From: a virus
Lineage: Duplodnaviria > Caudoviricetes
IMG/VR virus record: IMGVR_UViG_2811995368_000001
Location: 11,894 to 75,893 of that record
Strand: one strand, 5' to 3'
Length of the DNA stretch: 64,000 nt
The translations under genes and the position numbers were made by a program. The notes below the pieces were generated by a model, which did not search any database, was not told where the DNA came from, and saw nothing but the letters and a program-made list of their open reading frames with translations. Shown in pieces: positions 7,837 to 16,144 of the stretch (position 1 is the first letter of the stretch; each line of letters starts with the position of its first letter).

Positions 7837-8115
7837 ATGGAACCGACCAAACACCAAAAAGCCATCAGGGAAGCGTGCCGAATCGTCGGCGGGCAGGCCG
7901 TTCTGGCCCGGCTTCTCGGGGTTTCTCCGCCCACGGTGAATCAGTGGGTATCCGGGGCACGCCAAGTCCCCGCCGAACGCTGCCCGGCCATCGAGAAGGC
8001 CACGGGCGGTGCCGTGACGTGCGAAGAGCTGCGCCCTGACGTTGATTGGGCCTACCTGCGCGGCTCTGGCGCTGCTGCAAATAACGAGACGACTGGAAGC
8101 GAGGCTGCTGCATGA
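7837..8115 (+). CDS. Cro-like (YdaS family) regulator
   Basis: GGQAVLARLLGVSPPTVNQW...CPAIEKATGGAVTCEELRPD. Confidence 0.88.
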   Translation: MEPTKHQKAIREACRIVGGQAVLARLLGVSPPTVNQWVSGARQVPAERCPAIEKATGGAVTCEELRPDVDWAYLRGSGAAANNETTGSEAAA

Positions 8116-8195
8116 CGGGTTTCCTTTCTTTCGACGAAGCCAGTTTCCACCACCGCCAAGCGCGGGACTAGACGAAAAAAAGGAGACGTTCGCCA

Positions 8196-8654
8196 ATGCG
8201 CCGACCCATCAAACAAGCTCACCGCGCCCTGTTTCTGGCCCTCCAGGCCGACGCCAAGGAATACCCTGGCGGCGTCCGCGCCATCGCCGAAACGATGGGC
8301 ATGAACGGCAACACCCTTGCCAACGGCATCAACCCCGACCACGAGGCCCCGCCGCCGTCCTTCAGCGTCATCCTCGAAATCGTCGTCGTGGCCCAGGCCA
8401 AGCGCGCCATCTTCGCGCTGGCGCACCTCGTCGGGCAGGTTCCGATGGACTTTGAACTGGAAGAGCGCCCGCCTGCCGAGGCCGTGCGCCTGTTCCTGTC
8501 CTTGGTTGCGTCGGCGTCCAGCCTGTTCGGCACCGGATCCGAGGCCGCGAAAGATGGCCGCTTCGACGCCGACGAGCGCCGCCAACTTGAACCGCTGCTG
8601 CTGGGTCTGATGAAGGCCAGCGGCGAGCTTTTGCAGGCCATCCGGGGGAACTGA
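8196..8654 (+). CDS. CII-like phage regulatory protein
   Basis: YPGG..AIAE.MG...TL.N..NP pattern, position after cro. Confidence 0.65.
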   Translation: MRRPIKQAHRALFLALQADAKEYPGGVRAIAETMGMNGNTLANGINPDHEAPPPSFSVILEIVVVAQAKRAIFALAHLVGQVPMDFELEERPPAEAVRLFLSLVASASSLFGTGSEAAKDGRFDADERRQLEPLLLGLMKASGELLQAIRGN

Positions 8655-8656
8655 CC

Positions 8657-9049
8657 ATGATGGCCGCCGAAACCCTGCAACGCCCATCGCACGCCCGCCG
8701 CGCCGCTACTGCCCGCCGTCTGGGCGAGCAGCAGATGCAGCTTTCCTTCGACGCGGCCACGTCTTCCGACCCGAGCTTCGGGGAGCGTGCCTATGCCTTC
8801 ATCGTGGCCTACGTGCGCGAGCAGGCCGCCGCGCTGGGCAGCGTGCCTGGCGAGCAGGTGACGCTCGCCGCGCGTGCCGCCGGCATTCGCCCGAAGGACG
8901 ACCGAGCTTTCGGCTCCATCTACGCCAAAGCCATCCGCAACGGCGACATCCGAGTGGCGGGCACCTGCGCGCGAGTGCGCGGGCACGGCACCGCCGGCGG
9001 ACGCCTCTATGCGCCCGGCAACGGCAAACAGGCGGAGGGCCAGGCTTGA
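8657..9049 (+). CDS. Hypothetical phage protein
   Basis: 130 aa ORF packed in operon. Confidence 0.6.
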   Translation: MMAAETLQRPSHARRAATARRLGEQQMQLSFDAATSSDPSFGERAYAFIVAYVREQAAALGSVPGEQVTLAARAAGIRPKDDRAFGSIYAKAIRNGDIRVAGTCARVRGHGTAGGRLYAPGNGKQAEGQA

Positions 9050-9552
9050 ACGTCCTCTTTGAAACCGGCGAATCCGGCGCGACCGCCACGACGCACGACT
9101 GGCTGACCCCGCCTGAAATCCTAAACGCGCTGGGCGAGTTCGACCTCGATCCCTGCGCGAGCGAGTTCCAGCCGTGGCGCACGGCACGCCAGCAATTCAC
9201 CATCCGCGACGACGGCTTGACCCGTGAATGGGAAGGCCGCGTCTGGTGCAACCCGCCGTATGGCCCGTTCGCGGCGCGCTGGCTGGAACGCTGCGCCGCC
9301 CACGGTAACGCCGTCGCGCTGGTGTTCGCCCGCACTGAAACCGCCGTCTTCCAAGACCATGCCTTTCAGAAGGCCCACGCCATGCTGTTCCTGCGCGGGC
9401 GGCTGTCGTTCAGGCTTCCTGGGGGGGGGCGTGCAGGAAATGCAGGCGCACCGTCCGTCCTGATCGCCTTCGGCAAGGCCAATGCCGACATCCTCGCCGC
9501 CTGCGGGCTGGCTGGCGCATTCGTGCGCCTTGGAGGTCGTGATGCGCATTGA
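9046..9552 (+). CDS. Phage DNA N6-adenine methyltransferase (Dam-like small family)
   Basis: WLTPPEI, FDLDPCA, VWCNPPYG motifs; contains G9 tract at 9421-9429. Confidence 0.85.
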   Translation: MNVLFETGESGATATTHDWLTPPEILNALGEFDLDPCASEFQPWRTARQQFTIRDDGLTREWEGRVWCNPPYGPFAARWLERCAAHGNAVALVFARTETAVFQDHAFQKAHAMLFLRGRLSFRLPGGGRAGNAGAPSVLIAFGKANADILAACGLAGAFVRLGGRDAH

Positions 9553-10801
9553 CCAATGCTACTTCGGCGACTGCCGAGATTCCATGCGCGCGATGATCGC
9601 TGCGGGGGGGGGGCGTAAGGTGCAAACCATCGTCACTTCTCCGCCGTACTGGGGCCTGCGCGACTACGGCAACCCGCTGGGAATCTGGGGCGGGGATCCT
9701 GCCTGCGAGCACGCCTTCGACATGGAGCGCACCGAGCATGAGCACCGCACGGGGCTTGGTCTGGCCGACCTTGGCGAGAAATACGCCGGCGGTGGGCACA
9801 AGCAAGGCAAGATCGGCAGCATCGCGGTGGAGCAAGGCACCTGCCCGAAGTGTGGAGCATGGCGCGGCGCCCTGGGTCACGAACCGACGCCGCAGCTTTT
9901 CGTCGATCACCTGGTTGAGGTGTTCCGCCATGCCCGCGACCTGCTGGCTGATGACGGCACGCTCTGGCTGAATCTGGGCGACAGCTACGCCTCGAAGCCG
10001 AACGGCCCGAAGGCAAGCGCATCTTGCGCGCTGAACTCGCAGGCGCATGGGAAATGGCGCAACGAGCACGGACAGCGCAGCCGTGGCCTTGCTGGCGGAC
10101 TGAAGCACAAAGACCTGGTAGGAATCCCGTGGCGCGTCGCGCTGGCCCTTCAGGACGATGGCTGGTATCTCCGACAGGACATCATCTGGCACAAGCCGAA
10201 TCCGATGCCGGAGAGCGTCGCTGACCGCTGCACGAAGGCCCACGAATACCTGTTCCTGCTGTCCAAGTCGGACAGGTACTACTTCGACAACGAGGCTATC
10301 AAGGAACCGGCGCGCTACACCGGCCTGGCGAATCAGGACGCCAGCGGTTTCAAGAACCCGATGGACTTCAATGGGAAGCACGCCCATTCCGACGTGCGCG
10401 GTGATCGCGGCAGCAAGCGCAATAGTTTCGCGCGCGTCACCAAAGACAGTGCCGGCGAGCACGGCCAGAAGCCGCAATTCCGGCCTGACCGCGAGGATGT
10501 GGACTACGCCGGGCTGCGCAACAAGCGCAGCGTCTGGACGGTTGCCACCGAGGGCTACAGCGGCGCGCACTTCGCCGTGTTCCCGCCGGCGCTCATCGAG
10601 CCGTGCATCTTGGCCGGCAGCAGGCCGGGCGACATCGTGCTTGATCCGTTCCTTGGCTCTGGCACCACGGCGCAGGTTTCGCAGGCCCTTGGCCGGCATT
10701 GGGTGGGCTGCGAACTGAACCAGGAGTATTCGTCACTCCAAGAGGCGCGCACGCGCCAGCGCGGCCTGATGCTGACCGTGGAAGGGGCTTGCGATGCGTG
10801 A
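9542..10801 (+). CDS. DNA amino-methyltransferase (N4-C/N6-A, beta class)
   Basis: TSPPY catalytic motif, IIWHKPN, HFAVFP, VLDPFLGSGTT; contains G10 tract at 9604-9613. Confidence 0.92.
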   Translation: MRIDQCYFGDCRDSMRAMIAAGGGRKVQTIVTSPPYWGLRDYGNPLGIWGGDPACEHAFDMERTEHEHRTGLGLADLGEKYAGGGHKQGKIGSIAVEQGTCPKCGAWRGALGHEPTPQLFVDHLVEVFRHARDLLADDGTLWLNLGDSYASKPNGPKASASCALNSQAHGKWRNEHGQRSRGLAGGLKHKDLVGIPWRVALALQDDGWYLRQDIIWHKPNPMPESVADRCTKAHEYLFLLSKSDRYYFDNEAIKEPARYTGLANQDASGFKNPMDFNGKHAHSDVRGDRGSKRNSFARVTKDSAGEHGQKPQFRPDREDVDYAGLRNKRSVWTVATEGYSGAHFAVFPPALIEPCILAGSRPGDIVLDPFLGSGTTAQVSQALGRHWVGCELNQEYSSLQEARTRQRGLMLTVEGACDA

Positions 10802-11714
10802 TTACTCGAAAGTCGGCCCCCAGTTCTGGATCGGCCCCACCGGCAAGAAGCTGCGCGCAGCAGGCATGGAGGCGCAAATCGTTGCCATGTACCTGCTGAC
10901 CAGCCCGCACGCCAACATGCTGGGCCTGTATTACTGCCCCGTCATGTTCATTGCGCACGAAACCGGGCTTGGGATTGAAGGGGCTAACAAGGGGCTTCAA
11001 AGGGCCATCGAAGCGGATTTTTGCCAGTACGACGAGGCATCCGAAGTGGTCTGGGTGATGGAAATGGCCTCGTACCAAGTAGGGGAGGCCCTGAAGGCAA
11101 ATGACCTGCGTGTTAAGGGGGTGCAGAACGAGTACGCATCCCTGCCAGAAAACCCTTATCTGGCGCGGTTTTACGAGAAATACAGCGAGGCTTTTTGCAT
11201 GTCGTCTTGCCGTGGAAACAGTAGCCCCTATGAAGCCCCTATGAAGACCCTTGCAAGCCAAGAACAGGAACAGGAACAGGAGAAAGAACAGGAACAGGAA
11301 CAGAAAGAAAAAGGCGCTGGCGCGCCTGCCTCTCTCGATTCTCATGGGACTGACGACCAAGGTTCGCTTGCCGACGGCGGCAAGGGTGGCGGCAAGCTGC
11401 CGCGCGAGTTGGGTGTGCGCGAGCTGGTTGCCGAGGGCGTGGAGCGCCAGCACGCCGAGGACTGGCTGAAGGCGCGGCGCGCCAAGAAGCTGCCCCTGAC
11501 CGAAACCGCCCTCGACCTCGTGAAGACCGAGGCCGGAAAGGCTGGGCTGACCCTGCCGCAGGCCATCGCCCGCGCTGCCGGCGAGGGGTGGGCCGGATTC
11601 AAGGCGAGCTGGTTGAGCCAGCCGCCGCGGCACGGCGGGCCGCGCCAGCACGCCCCTGTCCCCACGCAACCACAACAGCCGAAGGAACCACGCGATGTCG
11701 TCACTCGCATCTGA
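10794..11714 (+). CDS. Phage replication initiator (O-like)
   Basis: YLLTSPHANMLGLY N-terminus, QEQEQE linker, precedes DnaC-like loader. Confidence 0.75.
   Translation: MRDYSKVGPQFWIGPTGKKLRAAGMEAQIVAMYLLTSPHANMLGLYYCPVMFIAHETGLGIEGANKGLQRAIEADFCQYDEASEVVWVMEMASYQVGEALKANDLRVKGVQNEYASLPENPYLARFYEKYSEAFCMSSCRGNSSPYEAPMKTLASQEQEQEQEKEQEQEQKEKGAGAPASLDSHGTDDQGSLADGGKGGGKLPRELGVRELVAEGVERQHAEDWLKARRAKKLPLTETALDLVKTEAGKAGLTLPQAIARAAGEGWAGFKASWLSQPPRHGGPRQHAPVPTQPQQPKEPRDVVTRI
11262..11312 (+). repeat. GAACAG-type tandem hexamers (EQ repeat)
   Basis: gaacag x3, gagaaa, gaacag x3 seen directly. Confidence 0.8.
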
Positions 11715-12498
11715 TCTGCTGCCCGCTGGCATGGTGCAGCGCGCCCGCGCGGGTGCTGGTGCTGACGGTGCCGCCGCGCCTGCCGAGCGCTCGACCTTCC
11801 GCCCGGAGTTCGGCACCTGCGAGCAGCACGGCCAGTACCCGCGCAACACGATCGACGAGGATGGCCGCGAACGGTGGTTCCCCGACGCCTGCCCGGCCTG
11901 CGCCAAGCAGGGCGCCGTGCGCCGCCTGATGCAGCGCGCCGAAATCTCGCCCCGCTTCGAGGGCTGCACCTTCGACGGCTACGAGGCCGTCACCGACGAG
12001 CAGGCGCAGGCGCTAGAAATTTGCCGGGGCTATGCCGACACCTTCAACGACGCCATGAAGGCCGGGCGCTGCCTCATCCTGCGCGGCAACCCCGGAACCG
12101 GCAAGAACCACCTGGCCGTCGCCATCACGAAGCAGGTGCTGGCGCAGGGCTACACGGCGTTGCACGCCACCGCCTACGAGATCGTCTGCCGCATCCGCGA
12201 AACATGGGGGCGGCGCGGCGAGCAGACCGAGCAGGACGTGACTCGCACGCTGGGCGCGGTCGATCTGCTGGTCATCGACGAGGTGGGCCGCCAGTACGGC
12301 ACCGAGGGCGAGCAAATCCACCTGTTCCACGTCATCGACCACCGCTACCGGCTGATGAAGCCCACCATCGTCATCAGCAACAAGGAGCCGGACGAGATCC
12401 GCGCCTACTTGGGCGACGCTGCCTACGACCGCCTGCGCGAGGGCGGCGGCGTGCTGGTGAACTTCGACTGGCAATCCCATCGCGGGGGTGCCGCATGA
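11695..12498 (+). CDS. DnaC/IstB-like helicase loader ATPase
   Basis: Walker A GNPGTGKNH, Walker B LLVIDEVG, PTIVISN, DRLRE. Confidence 0.92.
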   Translation: MSSLASDLLPAGMVQRARAGAGADGAAAPAERSTFRPEFGTCEQHGQYPRNTIDEDGRERWFPDACPACAKQGAVRRLMQRAEISPRFEGCTFDGYEAVTDEQAQALEICRGYADTFNDAMKAGRCLILRGNPGTGKNHLAVAITKQVLAQGYTALHATAYEIVCRIRETWGRRGEQTEQDVTRTLGAVDLLVIDEVGRQYGTEGEQIHLFHVIDHRYRLMKPTIVISNKEPDEIRAYLGDAAYDRLREGGGVLVNFDWQSHRGGAA

Positions 12499-12644
12499 TC
12501 GAGACGGTCTTCTTCCTCGTCATGGGCGGGATTCTGGTCATGGCCTGCCTGCTGGGCCTCGTCGTGCGCGCGCTGGCCTGGGCCTTTCGCTGCGACCACG
12601 AAGGACACGCCGGCATCGGCGGAAAGGACAGCGGCGATGCCTAA
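12495..12644 (+). CDS. Small membrane protein
   Basis: ATGA overlap; hydrophobic stretch. Confidence 0.45.
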   Translation: MIETVFFLVMGGILVMACLLGLVVRALAWAFRCDHEGHAGIGGKDSGDA

Positions 12645-12834
12645 GCCTGGCGAGAAGCACCACAAGGCCCGACTGTCCGATGCCAGGGTGCGCGAAATGC
12701 GCGCCATGTACCACGGCTGGCAGGCCGGCAACTGCGCGCACCGCAAGGGTTACGGCGCGCTGGGCCGGATCTTCGGTTGCAGCCCCTGGACGGCGCGCGA
12801 CATCGTGACCTACCGCACGCGGATTGGAGCCTGA
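12637..12834 (+). CDS. Small HTH-like protein
   Basis: GEKHHKARLSD..VREMR...LGRIFGCS pattern. Confidence 0.55.
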   Translation: MPKPGEKHHKARLSDARVREMRAMYHGWQAGNCAHRKGYGALGRIFGCSPWTARDIVTYRTRIGA

Positions 12835-12836
12835 CC

Positions 12837-13310
12837 ATGAGCGACATCGTGCTGGTCAAGACCCTCAACGGCGCGCTGGCGCCGGCGGACGCGGAAGCCT
12901 CTACCTTCATCGAAAAGCTGAAGGCCGGCCAGGGCGTGCGTGCCACCGTGCGCAAGGCGCGGAACGTGAAGTTCCACCGCAAGGCGTTCGCCCTATTCAA
13001 GCTGGCTTTCGAGGTCTGGGAGCCGGTCGCGCCCCTGGAATACAAGGGCCTGCCCGTCGCCAAGGACTTCGAGCGGTTCCGCAAGGACATGACCATCCTC
13101 GCCGGGTTCTACAAGCCGGTTTACAACGTGCGCGGCGAGCTGCGCCTGGAAGCCGAAAGCCTGTCCTTTTCCAGCATGGACGAAGAGCGGTTCGAGCAGG
13201 TGTTCCGCGCTGTGCTCACCGTGGTCTGGGAGCGCGTGCTGAAGGCCGCCGGGTACGCCACGGAGGAAGAGGTGGAGCGCGTCGTGAATGAACTGATGAG
13301 GTTCGAGTAA
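12837..13310 (+). CDS. DUF1367-like phage protein
   Basis: RNVKFHRKAFAL, EAESLSFSSMDEERF motifs. Confidence 0.75.
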   Translation: MSDIVLVKTLNGALAPADAEASTFIEKLKAGQGVRATVRKARNVKFHRKAFALFKLAFEVWEPVAPLEYKGLPVAKDFERFRKDMTILAGFYKPVYNVRGELRLEAESLSFSSMDEERFEQVFRAVLTVVWERVLKAAGYATEEEVERVVNELMRFE

Positions 13311-13612
13311 TGGCCCGCACCGCTACCGCCGCCGAAAAGCGCCACATGGGCCGCGTCGCCGCCCTGGGCTGCATCCTCTGCGACCACTTGGGCCTTGGCG
13401 CGACGCCAGCGCAGGTGCATCACATCCGCGAGGGGCAGGGAGCCAGCCAGCGCGCCAGCAACTTCCTGACCGTCCCGCTGTGCCCGGAGCACCACCAGGG
13501 CAAGAGCGGCCTGCATGGGTTGGGCACCAACGCCTTCGAGCGCACCTACAAGCTGTCCGAGCTGGACTTGCTCGCCATGACCATTGAACGACTGGGGGCC
13601 GGATGCCGGTAA
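13310..13612 (+). CDS. Ref-like HNH nuclease
   Basis: GCILC, QVHHI, PLCPEHH motifs. Confidence 0.75.
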   Translation: MARTATAAEKRHMGRVAALGCILCDHLGLGATPAQVHHIREGQGASQRASNFLTVPLCPEHHQGKSGLHGLGTNAFERTYKLSELDLLAMTIERLGAGCR

Positions 13613-13833
13613 ATGCCGACGACACCGTGAAGTGCATCGACTGCGCCCATTTCCGGCTGAAGGATGCCGGCCAGATGGGGAAGCTGGGCTTCGGCCTCTG
13701 CGCCATGAACCCCAGCACGTCGTCCTTCCAGTCGTCGGTGTATCCCCGCCAGTGCGCCCAGTGGCGCCTGGCCGACGAGCAGACCCTGGGCGCGCGCCGC
13801 GCGTGGATGGAAAAACGCGAGGGGGTTGCCTGA
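13603..13833 (+). CDS. Small Cys-rich hypothetical protein
   Basis: CIDCAHF...C...C; overlaps neighbours in operon fashion. Confidence 0.55.
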   Translation: MPVNADDTVKCIDCAHFRLKDAGQMGKLGFGLCAMNPSTSSFQSSVYPRQCAQWRLADEQTLGARRAWMEKREGVA

Positions 13834-14279
13834 TGGCCGCGAATACCTTGCGCTGGACGGAAGAGCAGTTGGCCGCCCACCAGAAGCGCGTGCCGGCGCT
13901 CGCCAAGCCCGCCCCGGATGCTGCGCCTGCATCGCCTGCGCTCCCGGTTGCCACGGGCACGGTGCGCGAACCCGACATGAACAAGACCGAGGCCGAGTAC
14001 GCCGGGATGCTGGAAGCCCGGAAGAGCAGCGGGGAAATCCTCTGGTGGGCGTATGAGGCCGTCACGCTGAAGCTGGCCGACAACACGCGCTACACCCCGG
14101 ACTTCCTGGTGATGCTGGCCGACGGGACGCTTGAGATTCACGAAACGAAGGGCGGATTCATCCGCGAGGACGGCTGGCTGAAGTTGAAGGTGGCCGCCGG
14201 TATGTTCCCGTTCCGGTTCTTCCTCTGCCAGAAGCAGGCGAAGAAGGCGGGCGGCGGATGGCAAATCAGGAGGGTGTAG
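13833..14279 (+). CDS. PD-(D/E)XK endonuclease (DUF1064-like)
   Basis: MNKTEAEY, RYTPDF, IHETKG. Confidence 0.75.
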   Translation: MAANTLRWTEEQLAAHQKRVPALAKPAPDAAPASPALPVATGTVREPDMNKTEAEYAGMLEARKSSGEILWWAYEAVTLKLADNTRYTPDFLVMLADGTLEIHETKGGFIREDGWLKLKVAAGMFPFRFFLCQKQAKKAGGGWQIRRV

Positions 14280-14281
14280 CG

Positions 14282-14908
14282 ATGGCAGCAGAGAAGAAAA
14301 CCATGTCCATGACGACCCGCCAAGAGCAGGCAGCGGCGGTCAAGACCATCGGCGCCCGGATGCGGCAGGCCCGCGAACTGTGCAACCTGTCCCAGAGCGC
14401 AGCCGCGAAGCGTCTGGGCTACCAGAACCCCTCGAAGCTGTCGAAGGTGGAACTGGCGACCGATACCAACAGCGTGCCGCTCTGGCTCATTGTCCGGGCC
14501 GCGCGCGTGTATGAGGTGTCGGTGGACTTCCTCTTCGGCGCGACCGACGACTGGGAAGTGGGTGCCCGGATGACGCAGGAACGGGAAACGTCCGCTTGGA
14601 TGTTCGATGCCTGGGAGAAGGCCCGGCAGCGCGACATGGAAACCCTGAAGCGCCTGCATGACCGCGTGCAGACCCTGACCGAGGCCGTGGCCGTCATGCT
14701 GGCCGCGTCCGAGGAATCCGCCTTGGCGCTGGCCCGCTTCGCCGAGCTGAATCCCGAGTTCGAGGAAATGCGCGCCGGATCCCGCCTCGTCGGTGCCGTG
14801 GAGCGTGCCAACGACGCCGCCAAGAACGCGAAGACCAAGATGGAGCGGTTTCGGATGGATTGCTCTGTCGCCGCCCCTCACTCGCACCAGTTGAGCCTGG
14901 TGCTCTGA
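14282..14908 (+). CDS. XRE-family HTH regulator (late-regulator position)
   Basis: IGARMRQARELCNLSQSAAAKRLG...LSKVE...VSVDFLFG. Confidence 0.8.
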   Translation: MAAEKKTMSMTTRQEQAAAVKTIGARMRQARELCNLSQSAAAKRLGYQNPSKLSKVELATDTNSVPLWLIVRAARVYEVSVDFLFGATDDWEVGARMTQERETSAWMFDAWEKARQRDMETLKRLHDRVQTLTEAVAVMLAASEESALALARFAELNPEFEEMRAGSRLVGAVERANDAAKNAKTKMERFRMDCSVAAPHSHQLSLVL

Positions 14909-14931
14909 TACCTTGAAGATAGGAATGCAGG

Positions 14932-16137
14932 ATGGCTGCACCCCCGAAACTCTCGCCGCAGAAATGGGCCGCTGTCCGGGTCAAGTGGGAGAACGACCCG
15001 CGCGACGGCTACACCTGGCTGGTGGCCGAAATGTCCCTGCCCGTGTCCGCGCCTGCCGTGCGCAAGCGGGCGTCCGCTGATGGCTGGCTGAAGAAGTCGC
15101 CGCTGCACCTGCCCGGTGAGAAACCGACGCCGGAAACCATCGAAACCAAGGCAAAGACCGGCAAGAGCGCGAAGCAGAAGGCAAAGGTTTCTGGCCGCAT
15201 GGTTTCCAAGGGTGGCGAAACCATCGACAGCGAAACCATCGAAACCTTGCCGATGACGACCGCGCAGGCCGTCGAGCGTGACCCGGATGAGTTCGGGGTG
15301 TTCGCTGACCTGACCGACCAGCAGGAAATCTTCGTGCGGGAATACCTGGTGGATTGGAACGCATCGGCGGCGGCTATCCGGGCCGGGTACAGCCCCAAGG
15401 CCGCCATGCAGCAGGGGTGGAGCCTGCTTCAGAACCCGAAGGTAAGCCACGCCATCGTCACGCTCGCCACGGCGCGCGCGCGGCGCCTGGGCATCGACGG
15501 CGACGAGCTGATGCGCCTGTGGGCCGCCATCGTCACGTTCGACGCGAACGAAATCTCGCAACTCCGCCGGGTGTGCTGCCCCTACTGCTGGGGCGAGGGG
15601 CACGCCCGTCAATACACCCCGTCCGGCTTGGAAGAAGCCAAGAAGAAGCACGACCGGGAGCGCGCACGGCGGAAGAAGGCCGACAGCGCCGACGACATCG
15701 GCGAGTTCCCCGAATACACGGATGCCTGGTACGACAAGCGCAAGGCGCCGCATGAGGACTGCCCGGAGTGCCACGGCCACGGCATCGAGGAAGTGTTCTT
15801 CAACGACACCCGCAACCTGTCGCCGGCGGCGCGGCTGGTGTATTGCGGCGTGAAGGTGGGCAAGGAAGGCATCGAAGTCCTGATGCTCTCCAAGGAGAAG
15901 GCGATGGACAACCTGGCGCGCGCGCTGGGCCTGTTCAAGGAGAAGGATGTCGAGGTCAATATCAACATGGTGTCGGGCGAAGACCTGTACCGCATCTACG
16001 AGGACAAGATGCACCAGGCCCGCACCAGGCAGGCGGCGGTGCTGACCGAGCGCGGCCTGATCGAGGACGCCACGCCGTCGGCGGGCGACGACGAGGGCGG
16101 ACAGTCGCCGCAAGAGCCGGAATCCACGGGCAGCTAG
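14932..16137 (+). CDS. terS: Terminase small subunit with Zn-finger insertion
   Basis: FVREYLVDWNASAAAIRAGYS motif; CCPYCWG...CPECHG; upstream of terL. Confidence 0.88.
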   Translation: MAAPPKLSPQKWAAVRVKWENDPRDGYTWLVAEMSLPVSAPAVRKRASADGWLKKSPLHLPGEKPTPETIETKAKTGKSAKQKAKVSGRMVSKGGETIDSETIETLPMTTAQAVERDPDEFGVFADLTDQQEIFVREYLVDWNASAAAIRAGYSPKAAMQQGWSLLQNPKVSHAIVTLATARARRLGIDGDELMRLWAAIVTFDANEISQLRRVCCPYCWGEGHARQYTPSGLEEAKKKHDRERARRKKADSADDIGEFPEYTDAWYDKRKAPHEDCPECHGHGIEEVFFNDTRNLSPAARLVYCGVKVGKEGIEVLMLSKEKAMDNLARALGLFKEKDVEVNINMVSGEDLYRIYEDKMHQARTRQAAVLTERGLIEDATPSAGDDEGGQSPQEPESTGS

Positions 16138-16144
16138 GCGCATC

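Noticed and set aside
9046-14279. Methyltransferases plus nucleases as a restriction-modification system
   Set aside because: The nucleases are typical phage nin-region types and are not paired with the methyltransferases
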